DNA from: an uncultured Spirochaetota bacterium
Lineage (GTDB): Bacteria; Spirochaetota; Spirochaetia; SZUA-6; Fen-1364
Assembly (NCBI GenBank): GCA_963781885.1
Contig: CAWAHW010000002.1
Span: forward strand, 928,001-992,000
Length of the DNA: 64,000 bases
Direction of reading: 5' to 3'
Shown here: piece after piece, positions 37,692 to 48,196 of the stretch
Numbering within the stretch: the first letter of the stretch is position 1
Layout: the number at the start of each line of letters is the position of its first letter
The notes under the pieces: generated by a model
Seen by the model: only the letters and a program-made list of their open reading frames with translations
Databases searched by the model: none
What the model was told of the DNA's origin: nothing
Position numbers and translations under genes: made by a program

Positions 37692-38937
37692 GACCAGGAC
37701 CGCGGTCATCATCTCGGCGGGCACAGAGCTCACCGAGGGCATCATCCAGGATACCCATGTGCGCTTCCTGGCGAGCGAGCTTTCTTCGCTCGGCTTCAGC
37801 GTGCTCCGCGGCGTGCAGATACCCGACGATGTCCCGCTCTTCCGCGCCGAGCTTGCGCGCGCGACGGAGGAAGGCTGCCTGGTGATCATCACGGGAGGTC
37901 TGGGTCCCACGACGGATGATCTCACGCGCGAGATGGTGGCAGAGGCGGCGGGAGTCCCTCTGGAGTTCCACCAGGAGGCCTGGGAGTCCCTGCTGGCGCG
38001 CTTTGCCGGCAGGACCGTCTCCGACACGAACCGCAAGCAGGCATTGGCGCCGAAGGGCTTCACCCTCATCCCCAACCCGAATGGAACGGCGCCTGGCTTT
38101 CATGGCGTCGTGAACGGCGCGATGGTCGTCGCCCTCCCCGGACCCCCTTCGGAGCTTCGGCCGATGTTCACCACGAGCGTCCTGTCGCTGCTGCATGAGC
38201 ATTTCGGAGGCCTCCCGACAGCCGACATCCTCTGGGGCACGGCGCTCATGGTGCCCGAATCGAGCCTGGAGGAGGCGCTGCGCGCCTGCAGCCGGCCCGG
38301 CATTTCCTGGGGCACGCGCGTGGAAGAGGACAGGATCGGATTCAGCCTGCGCGGCGGCGGTCGCGAGGATCGCCAGGCGTTTTTCGATGCCCTGGTGCAG
38401 CGCCTGGACGCCGTGCGCATCCGTCAGGGCGAGACCCGACCCGCGCTCCTCCTCACGGAGGCGCTTCTGGCGCGCAGCGCCCGGTTGGTCACGGCAGAAT
38501 CGTGCACGGGAGGGCTCATCGCCCGCTACGTCACGGACCTCGCCGGCAGCTCCCGCGTCTTCTGGGGCGGCTTCGTCACGTATTCCAACGAGGCAAAGGT
38601 GGGTCTGATCGGGGTGCAGGACGACGTGCTGCGGGAGCACGGCGCTGTCTCCGAGCAGGCGGTGCGCGCAATGGCGGAAGGCGCCGTGGCGGCATCGGGG
38701 GCGGAGCTGGGCATCGCTGTCTCGGGAATCGCCGGGCCCGACGGGGGGACGCCGGAAAAGCCCGTCGGCACCGTGTGGATGGCGGCGGCACTGCGGTCGG
38801 GCGGCGGCGTGGCGCGCATGTTCTCCTTCAGCGGCACGCGCGACATGATACGGCGCAGGAGCGCGGTCGCCGCGATGCTTCTCGGCGAAGCCGTGCTCCT
38901 CGGCCGGGACTTCCTTGACAGTCGCGCGAAGTGGTAA
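37684..38937 (+). CDS. cinA: CinA family protein (MoCF-like domain plus PncC NMN deamidase)
   Basis: GTEL..G, TGGLGPTTDD, ALPGPPSE, AESCTGG, SGIAGPDGG. Confidence 0.93.
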   Translation: MCETRTAVIISAGTELTEGIIQDTHVRFLASELSSLGFSVLRGVQIPDDVPLFRAELARATEEGCLVIITGGLGPTTDDLTREMVAEAAGVPLEFHQEAWESLLARFAGRTVSDTNRKQALAPKGFTLIPNPNGTAPGFHGVVNGAMVVALPGPPSELRPMFTTSVLSLLHEHFGGLPTADILWGTALMVPESSLEEALRACSRPGISWGTRVEEDRIGFSLRGGGREDRQAFFDALVQRLDAVRIRQGETRPALLLTEALLARSARLVTAESCTGGLIARYVTDLAGSSRVFWGGFVTYSNEAKVGLIGVQDDVLREHGAVSEQAVRAMAEGAVAASGAELGIAVSGIAGPDGGTPEKPVGTVWMAAALRSGGGVARMFSFSGTRDMIRRRSAVAAMLLGEAVLLGRDFLDSRAKW

Positions 38938-38943
38938 TATATT
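38915..38943 (+). promoter_or_regulatory. Sigma70-like promoter of rho inside the cinA 3' end
   Basis: TTGACA, 17 bp spacer, TATATT. Confidence 0.6.
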
Positions 38944-39044
38944 TGGGTTCAAAGAGTCCCTGACAGCCTTTCAAGGCCTGCATGCAATCTCATCCGGTAA
39001 CTAGAATCTATTGAACGACCGTACAGGATAAACGGAGCAACATC

Positions 39045-40732
39045 ATGGGAATGAGCGACCAGGACAATGAATCTCCTCAGCAGCCCGTGGAGCAACCACG
39101 GGAGATGGAGCTGACGAACGAGTCCCTGATGAACGGGGAGAATGGAGACCAGCAGCCGGTGCGGCCGAATCAGAATCGCCAGGACGGTCAAGGCATGCAT
39201 CGGCCCAAGCGCCGCGTCGCACGCCGCAAAATACGCGTCGAGCTGATCAAGGAGCCGGATCCCGGCCCCCTGGACGACAAGGGTGAGCCCATGATGGATG
39301 AGACGCCGGTGGAGGGGATTCAGATGGATCCGAACGCCACCGCGGTCAGCATGCCGACCAATGGCGGCGCGTATGCCGCGGCTTCGGCACCCGCATCCGC
39401 CCCGGGCTCCAATGGCGATGCAACGGCCCGGGAAAAGGGCCCCGTGCAGAACGACAACCGCATGCACATCAACGACCTGAGCCAGATGAGCATGCCGGAC
39501 CTGCGCGCGCTGGCGTCGAAGATGGGCGTGAACCACGAGGCGCTCGTCTCCATGAAGAAGCAGGAGATCATCTTCCAGGTCCTCAAGGGGCACACCGAGC
39601 GCGGCGGCGTCATTTACGCTTATGGGGCGCTGGAGATCCTGCCGGACGGCTATGGATTCCTGCGCTCTCCCAATTACAGCTACCTTCCCGGACCCGACGA
39701 TATCTACATCTCCCCGTCTCAGATCAGGCTCTTCAACCTGAAGACGGGCGACACCGTTGCGGGACAGATCAGGTCCCCGAAGGAAGGGGAGCGCTTTTTC
39801 GCGATGCTGCGCGTGGAGACGGTCAATTTCGATCCCCCGCTCGTGGCGCAGACGCGCGTTCCCTTCGACAACCTCACGCCGCTCTATCCCGACGAGATGC
39901 TGAACCTTGAGACGAGCACGGACGAGATCTCCACGCGGCTCATCAACCTCTTCGATCCCATCGGCAAAGGACAGCGCGGCCTGATCGTCTCCCCCCCCGG
40001 ACGGGAAAGACCATCCTTTTGCAAAAGATCGCCAATGCCATCACGACGAATCACCCCGAGGTGTTCGTGATCGTTCTGCTGATCGACGAGCGGCCCGAAG
40101 AGGTCACCGACATGCAGCGCAACGTCAAGGGGGAGGTCGTCTCGTCGACCTTCGACGAGCAATCCACCCGGCACGTGCAGGTCGCCGAGATGGTGATCGA
40201 AAAGGCAAAACGCCTCGTGGAGCACAAACGGGACGTCGTGATCCTGCTGGACTCCATCACGCGCCTGGCGCGCGCGTACAACCAGACGGTCCCGACTTCG
40301 GGCAAGATCCTGTCGGGCGGCGTGGACTCCAACGCCCTGCACAAGCCGAAGCGCTTCTTCGGCGCCGCGCGCAACATCGAAGAGGGAGGCAGCCTCACCA
40401 TCGTGGCAACGGCGCTCATCGAGACGGGCAGCCGCATGGACGAGGTCATTTTCGAGGAGTTCAAGGGAACGGGCAACTCGGAGGTCATCCTGGACCGCAA
40501 GCTCTCCGACCGCCGGCTGTTCCCCGCCATCAACATCAAGAAATCCGGCACCCGCAAGGAGGAGCTCCTCCTCACGGAAGAGCAGCTGCAGAAGATGTGG
40601 GTGCTCCGCCGGGTCATCAACCCCATGGAGGACCAGGAGGTCCTCGAGCTTCTGATTGACAGGATGAGGAAAAGCAAGAATAATGAGGCCTTCCTCAAGT
40701 CGATGAATACATCGTCCGTCACGGACGCCTAG
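39045..40732 (+). CDS. rho: Transcription termination factor Rho, frameshifted in the C8 run 39991-39998
   Basis: [24 protein letters not shown]; one extra C restores SPPRTGKT and joins the [11 protein letters not shown] / DSITRLARA frame; long N-terminal extension. Confidence 0.96.
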
Positions 40733-40805
40733 CGCGCCGAAGGCGCGCGGGGGGCGGCAGCTGGCCCAGCGACGCCGGAGGCGGCGCGCAGGACAGCGGG
40801 AGCCC
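40730..40805. repeat. 76-bp dispersed intergenic repeat, copy B (inverted)
   Basis: Reverse complement of 36120..36195 with 3 mismatches; begins at the rho stop codon. Confidence 0.9.
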
Positions 40806-40851
40806 ATGGTCCGGGGCATTCGACGATATGAGTTTTTGGAGGGAAACGAAC

Positions 40852-41055
40852 ATGAAGACCGATACGCATCCCACATACCAGGTCACGACCATCACGTGCG
40901 CGTGCGGAAACGTGATCCAGACAAAGTCCACCGCGAAGGACATCAAGGTGGAAATCTGCTCGAAGTGCCACCCATTCTACACGGGGAAGCAGCACCTCGT
41001 GGACACCGCAGGCCGCGTGGAGCGCTTCAAGAGGCGATACAATATCAAAAATTAG
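40852..41055 (+). CDS. rpmE: 50S ribosomal protein L31 (Zn-binding type)
   Basis: [30 protein letters not shown]. Confidence 0.96.
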   Translation: MKTDTHPTYQVTTITCACGNVIQTKSTAKDIKVEICSKCHPFYTGKQHLVDTAGRVERFKRRYNIKN

Positions 41056-41097
41056 GCGCAGCCTGATCCTTTGATATTGAACGGGCAAGGCGGCGCA

Positions 41098-41856
41098 TCA
41101 CGCGCCGCTGCCGCCTGCAGCGTCGATCACGTCATCAGCAAGGCGCTTCATGCGCTCCCAGTGGGTTCCCTGCCAATAGAGTTTTGCGCAGCCAGGACAA
41201 CGCGAGAACTGCTCGTGACTGTCGCCGACAAAGGCGGGCAGCATTGTCCGTACGGCGGACTTCTCCACCTTCAGGAGCGGCGTGTTGCAGGACATGCACC
41301 GGCTGAACAGGGAGATGCGCGACGACAGATCGAAACGGCGGATGATCTCCGCCGCCTGGACCCGGGGGATTTCCGAACGGACCAGATAGCCGTGCGTCAC
41401 GGCGCGACGCTTCAGGAGACCCCTGTCCCTGCTGAGCACGATCCTTCTTTCCTGTCGTGCCGCGCGCACCAGCTCGTCATCATCGAGGGCCGTGCGATAC
41501 AGGCAATCGAAACCGAACATGCGCAGCAGCCGCGCAAGCTTCCCGAGGTGCACGTCCAGCGCAAAGCGCGTCTCTCGAAGCGGGACGGGCCGGACCCGGG
41601 AGGTCGGTCCGATGTCGAATGATTCGAAGCGTGGATAGACGCTGACCCGGTCGCCGTCGCCCAGCCGCTCGTCGAAACCGACGGAATGCCCGTTCACCAG
41701 CAGGAGGTCCACCTCCGTGTGAGGCACACCCATGTCTTCGATGATCGATTTCACGGTCGATTCCGGCCTGCACGTCACCTCGAAGTCGCGCTTGCGCCTT
41801 TCCTCCGGGAGAAAATCGTTGAGCTCTTCGTAGAGGCGGAACACGACAGAAGGCAT
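41098..41856 (-). CDS. Ubiquitin-like domain / Mut7-C (PIN) RNase fusion
   Basis: FRLYEELNDFL, GVPHTEVDL, DVHLGKLARLLRMFG, SRCMSCN, CPGCAKLYWQGTH. Confidence 0.92.
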   Translation of the reverse strand: MPSVVFRLYEELNDFLPEERRKRDFEVTCRPESTVKSIIEDMGVPHTEVDLLLVNGHSVGFDERLGDGDRVSVYPRFESFDIGPTSRVRPVPLRETRFALDVHLGKLARLLRMFGFDCLYRTALDDDELVRAARQERRIVLSRDRGLLKRRAVTHGYLVRSEIPRVQAAEIIRRFDLSSRISLFSRCMSCNTPLLKVEKSAVRTMLPAFVGDSHEQFSRCPGCAKLYWQGTHWERMKRLADDVIDAAGGSGA

Positions 41857-41966
41857 GCTATTTCCCCACGACACGAAGCATAACATGCCGCCCCGCCTTG
41901 GCGAAGGGATGCAGCGGCGCTATGCTCGCCGCATCACGCGCAGGGCACTGCGTATGGAGGTCGACC

Positions 41967-44004
41967 ATGATCAATCCGCGGCTTCCCGGTATCTGGTACG
42001 GCGGAGACTGGAACCCCGATCAGTGGCCGCAGGAGACCTGGAAGGACGACATTCGCCTTTTCAAAGAGGCGGGGGTGAATGTCGCGACGCTCCCCGTGTT
42101 CAGCTGGGCGAAACTGCAGCCGGAAGAGGACCGCTATGACTTTTCCTGGCTGGATGCCTTGATGGATCTCCTTGCAGCGAATGAGATCCGCGCCTGTCTT
42201 GCAACATCCACCGCGGCTCAACCGGCCTGGATGTCGAAGAAATACCCGGAAGTTCTTCCCACGGACGCGCGCGGCTTGAAACACGGCCACGGGGGCAGGG
42301 TGAACTTCTGTCCCACGAGCCCCGTTTTCAGGCGGCTCTCGTCCGGTCTGGCGGGCAAGCTTGCAGAACGCTATGCGCATCATCCCGCGCTCCTGGCCTG
42401 GCACGTGGGAAACGAGTACGGCAACTCCGCATCCGTGCACTGCTGGTGCGATGCCTGCGCGGCCGGGTTCCGCGCATGGGTGCAGGCCCGATACGGAACG
42501 CTGGAAGAGCTCAACCGATGCTGGTACACCGGCTTCTGGGGTCATACGCTGGGAAGCTGGGAGGAGGTCGAGCCGCCGAGCGAGGTGAACGGAGAGATCC
42601 TCTGCGCGCATGGCGCCTCTCTGGACTATGACCGATTCATCAACGAGCAGACTCTGGCCTGCTTTCGGGGCGAGCGCGATGCAATCAAGGCGCACAGCCC
42701 GGACGTGCCGGTGACGACGAATCTCATGCATTGCTTCAAGCCCCTGGATTATTTCTCCTGGGCCGAAGAGATGGATGTTGCATCCTGGGACGCCTATCCC
42801 GAGGGGAAGAGCGCCCCGGCGGATTTCGCTCTCTGGCACGACATGGTGCGGAGCCTGAAAAAGGGAGAGCCATTCATCCTGATGGAGCAATCGCCCAACC
42901 AGGTCAACTGGCAGCCGTACAACAACGTGAAAAGGCCGGGCGTCATGCGCCTGTGGAGCATGCAGGCCGTTGCGCACGGCGCGGATGCCGTCATGTTTTT
43001 CCAGCTCCACGCCTCGCGCGGGGGCGCCGAAAAGTTTCATGCCGCGTTGATTCCGCACGACGGCTCATCCGACAACCGGGTCTTCCGTGAATGCACGGCG
43101 CTGGGCAGGGAGCTGGCGGCACTCGGACCCGTCGTCGCGGGCTCTCGGGTGCCGGCCCGCGTGGCCGTGCTTTTCGACTGGGAGGCCTGGTGGGCATCGG
43201 GGCATTCCACCCGGCCCTGCAAGGACATGGCGTACATGGACATGGTGCGCGGCTACTATCGCGCGCTGCATGGGCTGAACATCCCGGTCGATTTCGCACG
43301 GCCGGATTGGGACCTTTCCTCGTACACGATCGTCGTCGCCCCGATGTTGTACCTGATCCGGGCGGCCGTCCGCGACGCGCTTTTCGCCCGCGTGGAGCGG
43401 GGCGGGGTGTTTGTCACCTCGTGCTTCAGCGGCCTGGTCGACGAGCACGACCTTTTCCCGCTGGAGGGATGGCCCGGGCATGCTGGGGAAGCTGCTTGGC
43501 CTGCGCGTCGATGAGATGGACGGCCTGTCTCCCGACCGAAGCAATTCCATCGTGATGAAGGATTCAGGGAAGGGAATGCGGGATCGTTACGGCTGCGCGC
43601 AGCAGTGCGACATCGTGCGGCTTCTGCCCGGCGCCGCGGCGCGTGCGCTGGCAGTTTTCGGAAGCGATTTCTACGCGGGAAGCCCCGTCGTGACGGAAAA
43701 CAGGGTGGGCAAGGGTCTCGCGTACTACATCGCCACGGTGCCCGAGCAGGCCTTTCTCAATGACTTTTTCCAGCAGCTTTGCGCCGCGCACGACGTCGCC
43801 GCGCCCTGCGTCGTTCCTCCCGGCGTGGAGGCGACGCGCCGCGTCAGGGACGGACGCGGGATACTTTTCCTCCTGAATCACAACGAGCGGCAGGCGCGGG
43901 TCGACCTGGGCAAGCATTCGTACGTGGATGCCTCGACTGGATCGCAGCGGACGGGCCGCGTCGATCTTCCCGCAAAAGGCGTGTTGGTGCTGCGGGAGGA
44001 CTGA
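41967..44004 (+). CDS. Beta-galactosidase GH42, frameshifted at ~43478
   Basis: YGGDWNPDQW, FSWA, WHVGNEY, ILMEQ, GAEKFH; C-terminal part in frame 43411..44004. Confidence 0.92.
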
Positions 44005-44031
44005 GGAAGCCAGGCCGCAGGGTCTGCCACT

Positions 44032-44874
44032 GTGCCGAGTCACGCCCTCTTGAGTATACTCACCCCCGTGGAAGCGCCTCATACGGACGGTTTTGCTGCA
44101 TCGCTTGCCTCGGTGGGCCTCTCCATCAGGGGCGCGCCGATCCTGCGCGAGGTCACATGGAGCGTCGGTTGGGGAGAGAAGTGGGTGGTGCTGGGCCTGA
44201 ACGGGAGCGGCAAGACGTCTCTCCTGCGCCTGCTCTCTGGATACGGTTATCCATCGCGCGGCACCATGCAGGTGCTCGGCGGCGTATTCGGCAGGTCTGA
44301 CCTTCACGAGATGCGTCGAAGCGTCGGCTGGATCCACGGCGACCTTGCCGCCGATTTCCCCGGGTTCATGAATTGCCGCGAGGTCGTGCTGAGCGGCAAA
44401 AGGGGCAGCATCGCCGTCTATGAGCCCATGAGTGGCGGGGATGAGCGGCAGGTGGATGAATCGCTTGCCGCAATCGGCGCGGGCCACCTGGCCGAGCGCT
44501 TTTTTCCTTCCCTTTCCACGGGGGAGCGCCAACGCGTCCTGATTGCCCGCGCGCTTGCGGCAGAGCCGAAGCTGCTCCTGCTGGACGAGCCGTGCATCGG
44601 CCTGGACCCCCTGGCCCGGGAGGATTTCCTGGCGTCGCTGGAGAGCCTTTTTCGAGCCAGACCGGAGCTCACGGTCGTTGCCGTCACGCACCACGTGGAA
44701 GAGATCGTCGAGGGTTACGAGAAGATGCTCCTGCTGGCGGGGGGCACCGTCGTCGATCAGGGCGGCCGCGAAAGCGTGCTGGCCGGACCCGGCATCCGCC
44801 GCGTCTACGGCGAACGCTGCCGGATCGAGCGCCGCGACGGACGATACGCCATGCACTTCGCGGTGAAGCAATGA
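44032..44874 (+). CDS. ABC ATP-binding protein (ModF-like, single domain)
   Basis: GLNGSGKT, LSTGERQR, LLDEP, VTHHVEE; start uncertain. Confidence 0.88.
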   Translation: MPSHALLSILTPVEAPHTDGFAASLASVGLSIRGAPILREVTWSVGWGEKWVVLGLNGSGKTSLLRLLSGYGYPSRGTMQVLGGVFGRSDLHEMRRSVGWIHGDLAADFPGFMNCREVVLSGKRGSIAVYEPMSGGDERQVDESLAAIGAGHLAERFFPSLSTGERQRVLIARALAAEPKLLLLDEPCIGLDPLAREDFLASLESLFRARPELTVVAVTHHVEEIVEGYEKMLLLAGGTVVDQGGRESVLAGPGIRRVYGERCRIERRDGRYAMHFAVKQ

Positions 44875-45320
44875 TTGACCGCAAGCCGGTGACGCAGAAG
44901 CTCGTCCGCGCGCGCGACGTCTTCTACACGGTGAGCTGGTCGCGGCTGCGCAAGGCCGACAAGTACGAAATCGTCAAGTCGGTTCCCTCCGAGGCGGGCA
45001 TCTACGAGCTTTACTACATGGACGACTGGCAGAAGCTCTGTCTCTTCCACGTCGGCAAGTCCTGGTACGGGGGGCTTCGAAACGAGATACGCGCGCGGAC
45101 GGACATCGAGCTTGAGACTGACAAGAAGCGGAAGGCCATCCTCGACGAGCATGACTGCTGGTACCGGTGGTCGCTGCTCAGCAACAGTGACGACATGGCG
45201 GACGTGCTTTTCTTCTTCGCCCAGACCTACCTGCCCGGCATCATGAGCGTCCATCATTCGGGCCGCTACGACAGGGTGTTCGTCAAGGAGAACGACGCGG
45301 ACAAGATCGTGACGGTCTGA
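44871..45320 (+). CDS. Hypothetical protein with degenerate GIY-YIG-like motif
   Basis: ATGA-coupled start MIDRK; VPSEAGIYELY...FHVGKS...GLRNEIRAR. Confidence 0.7.
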   Translation: MIDRKPVTQKLVRARDVFYTVSWSRLRKADKYEIVKSVPSEAGIYELYYMDDWQKLCLFHVGKSWYGGLRNEIRARTDIELETDKKRKAILDEHDCWYRWSLLSNSDDMADVLFFFAQTYLPGIMSVHHSGRYDRVFVKENDADKIVTV

Positions 45321-45360
45321 GGGCCGCCGCAACAGCCAGGAGATGCGCCCGGGTGCGGCC

Positions 45361-45781
45361 TCAGAATTGCCCCAGCTTCTCCACCATTTGCTTGATGCGC
45401 TTTGCCAGGGAAATGAGCAAGCCGCCGCGTCCACAGGGGGCTTGCGCTGTAGATGTCGGCGAAATTCTCCTTGGTGAACTCCAGCGCGTGCAGGTCCCCC
45501 TTGGCAATCACGGTGGCGGAGCGGACCGACTTGTCGAAGAAGCTCATCTCGCCGATCAGCTCGCCCTTTCCGAGCGTTGCCAGAACCTTGTATTTTTCGC
45601 CCATCCTGCGGGTGATGTAGACCTCACCCTCCATGATCCAGAATATCTTCTGCTGGATGTCGCCCTCGCGGATGAGGATCTGCTTGTCCTTGAATCGTCG
45701 GCCGAACCGGGCGATGACCGATTCGTCCAGCGCCTCCTCGGCCTGGAAGGCGATTTTCATGATCTCGTTGTAAGCATCCAT
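45361..45781 (-). CDS. Stand-alone cyclic-nucleotide-binding domain protein; frameshift at ~45420
   Basis: LIREGD, GELIGEMSFFDKSVRSATV; the corrected C-terminus LLISLAKRIKQMVEKLGQF* ends at 45361. Confidence 0.85.
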
Positions 45782-46188
45782 CAGCGGCTCCCCGCTTCCA
45801 GGACGCCCAGCTTCTCGCCGAATTCGGCGTTGAGAATGCGAAGCTCGCGGGTGAGTCCCGTCGTCGCCAGGAGGGCGAGCTCCCAGGAGACGCCGGCGGC
45901 CGTAAAAAAGCCCTCGAGGTCCCAGCGGTAGAGTATCGTCCGTTCCATCGCCTGCGTGATGCAGAGGCGCTTGCATTCTGCCAGGGGCTCGATCAGGCCG
46001 AATACGCCGTCCGGCGGCACCCAGAGAGTGAAATTCGAATCCCGAAGCGCATAGCTCACCTTGATGAGCCCGGCGATCACGTAGAAGACTGGTTTGTCGC
46101 CCGCGGCGTCACCGATCTTGTAGATCAGGCTTCGTGATGCGAACGAGGTTTCCTCGCCGTATTGAAGATATTTGGGAAGAATCTCCAT
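45781..46188 (-). CDS. Divergent cyclic-nucleotide-binding domain protein
   Basis: LIYKIGD...FYVIAGLIKV...PDGVFG...KR...AME, a CAP_ED-like pattern. Confidence 0.72.
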   Translation of the reverse strand: MEILPKYLQYGEETSFASRSLIYKIGDAAGDKPVFYVIAGLIKVSYALRDSNFTLWVPPDGVFGLIEPLAECKRLCITQAMERTILYRWDLEGFFTAAGVSWELALLATTGLTRELRILNAEFGEKLGVLEAGSR

Positions 46189-46292
46189 ATCCTATGAATT
46201 CTTCGACATTTTGCGCGCTTTTTATTGAATTCTTTTCACTATTTGTCTATACTGGCGCAACCCTCGAAACGCACCATCTGCGGGAGACATTA

Positions 46293-47456
46293 ATGGATCC
46301 AGTGAAGCAAAGCCATGTCGAGGAATACGGCAAGGCACCCGAGATAGTCGCATCGGCCCCGGGCCGGGTGAATCTCATCGGGGAGCACACCGATTACAAC
46401 GACGGCTTTGTATTTCCCATGGCCATTGATTTCACCGTGCGTGTGGCGATCACCCGGCGCAAGGACACGCACCTGCGTTTCTATTCCGTGGACTACAAGG
46501 ATCGAAAACGCGCCACGCTCCCCACGCTGCGCTATCGCAAGGAAGACCGGTGGGCCAACTACCCCAAGGGCATCATCTCCGAATTCCTCGAGCGCGGACA
46601 TCCCCTGGGCGGCATGGACATCACCATACACGGCGACATTCCGCAGGGAGCAGGTCTTTCTTCCTCCGCGGCGCTGGAGGTGGCCACGGCGCTCGCCATC
46701 CAGGACCTCTACGGCATCGAAATCGGGAGGGAAGAGCTCGCGAAGCTCGCCCAGAAGGCCGAAAATGAGTTCGTGGGGATCAGAAGCGGGATCATGGACC
46801 AGTTCATCTCCCGGCTGGCCAAGGAGGGGCATGCCATGCTCCTCGACACCCGGCTTCTCGCCTATCACTACGTGCCGCTGTCCCTGAAGGGAGTGAAGAT
46901 ACTCATCACGAACTCGAAGGTGCCGCGCGTCCTGGCCGATTCGGAATACGCCCGGCGCCGCGAGGAGTGCCGTCTCTGCGTCGAGCTTCTTTCCGCGAAG
47001 AAACCGGGGACCGCGCTGCGGGACTATACGGCTACCGACGTGCGGGACAGCATGGGCCTCATTCCCGAGGCCACGCGCAAGAAATGCCTCCACGTGGTGG
47101 AAGAAAATCAGCGCGTCCTGGAGGCTGAGGAGGCGCTGCGGAAAAAGGACCTCCCGTCCTTCGGCAAGCTCATGAACAGGTCCCACGAGAGCCTCCGCGA
47201 TCTCTACGAGGTTTCCTGTCCCGAGCTGGACTGGCTGGTGAAGCGGGCATGGGAGACGGAAGGCGTCTACGGCTCCCGTCTCACGGGCGCGGGTTTCGGG
47301 GGCTGCACCGTCACCCTGATCGAGGAAGATGCCATCCCCCTGTACAAGGAGCACATCGTCCAGTACGAGCGCATCTTCGGGTTCCGGCCCGAGCTGTACG
47401 TCTGCAAGCCGTCGGCGGGCGCGCGCATCGTGGAGAACAGGGTCCAGAGCGCATGA
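46293..47456 (+). CDS. galK: Galactokinase
   Basis: APGRVNLIGEHTDYN, GAGLSSSAA, GIMDQ, RLTGAGFGGC. Confidence 0.95.
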   Translation: MDPVKQSHVEEYGKAPEIVASAPGRVNLIGEHTDYNDGFVFPMAIDFTVRVAITRRKDTHLRFYSVDYKDRKRATLPTLRYRKEDRWANYPKGIISEFLERGHPLGGMDITIHGDIPQGAGLSSSAALEVATALAIQDLYGIEIGREELAKLAQKAENEFVGIRSGIMDQFISRLAKEGHAMLLDTRLLAYHYVPLSLKGVKILITNSKVPRVLADSEYARRREECRLCVELLSAKKPGTALRDYTATDVRDSMGLIPEATRKKCLHVVEENQRVLEAEEALRKKDLPSFGKLMNRSHESLRDLYEVSCPELDWLVKRAWETEGVYGSRLTGAGFGGCTVTLIEEDAIPLYKEHIVQYERIFGFRPELYVCKPSAGARIVENRVQSA

Positions 47457-48196
47457 GAATACTTCTCACGAATGACGACGGCATCCGAAGCGACGGGATA
47501 AGGGCCCTGATCGCCGCCCTTTCTGCCGCCCACGACGTCTGGGTCGTTGCCCCGGAAACGGAGAAGAGCGGCGGCTCCCACTCCATCACCCTCCATGACG
47601 CCTTGCGCGTCCGCAGGATCTCCGAGCGGCAGCTCTCCTGCCGGGGGACGCCGGCGGATTGCATCATGGTGGGGTTGCTCGGTCTCGTGCCGTCACCCGT
47701 CGATATCGTCATTTCCGGCATCAACCACGGCCCCAATCTCGGCACCGACATCCTGTACTCCGGCACGGCGGCCGGGGCCCGGCAGGGCACGCTCATGGGC
47801 GTTCCCTCGGTGGCATTGTCGGCGGGGAGCCACCGGCCGCCATTCGATTTCGAGGCTGCCGCGGATTTTGCCGCGCGCAACCTGGAGATATTCCGGGAGC
47901 TGGGCACCGACGATCATTTCCTGAACATCAACTTTCCGGCATCGGGCGCCCGCGACGCGGAGACTGAGATCACGTTTCCGTCGCGCAGAATCTACAGCTA
48001 CCGGCTGCATACGTACGACGCGCCGGACGGCGACTGCTACTGCTTCATGGGCGGGGAGCTTCCCTCGGCGCTCCCCGAGGACGGTTCCGATTCGATGGTC
48101 GTTTCGCAGGGACGGATCTCGATCTCGCCCATTCACGCGCACCCGCGCAACTGGGCGTCCATCGAGGAAAGCTACAGAGGGGTGCGATTCCGATGA
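47453..48196 (+). CDS. surE: 5'/3'-nucleotidase SurE
   Basis: MRILLTNDDG, GTPADC, SGINHGPNLG, YSGTA. Confidence 0.95.
   Translation: MRILLTNDDGIRSDGIRALIAALSAAHDVWVVAPETEKSGGSHSITLHDALRVRRISERQLSCRGTPADCIMVGLLGLVPSPVDIVISGINHGPNLGTDILYSGTAAGARQGTLMGVPSVALSAGSHRPPFDFEAAADFAARNLEIFRELGTDDHFLNINFPASGARDAETEITFPSRRIYSYRLHTYDAPDGDCYCFMGGELPSALPEDGSDSMVVSQGRISISPIHAHPRNWASIEESYRGVRFR

Noticed and set aside
39991-40000. Programmed frameshift or phase variation of rho at the C8 tract
   Set aside because: It breaks the Walker A motif of a core gene, and seven similar indels occur in unrelated genes; sequencing error is more parsimonious
36120-40805. Composite transposon or invertible segment bounded by the 76-bp inverted repeats
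   Set aside because: No transposase or recombinase is present, and the enclosed genes are housekeeping genes co-oriented with their flanks (rho-rpmE adjacency is intact)
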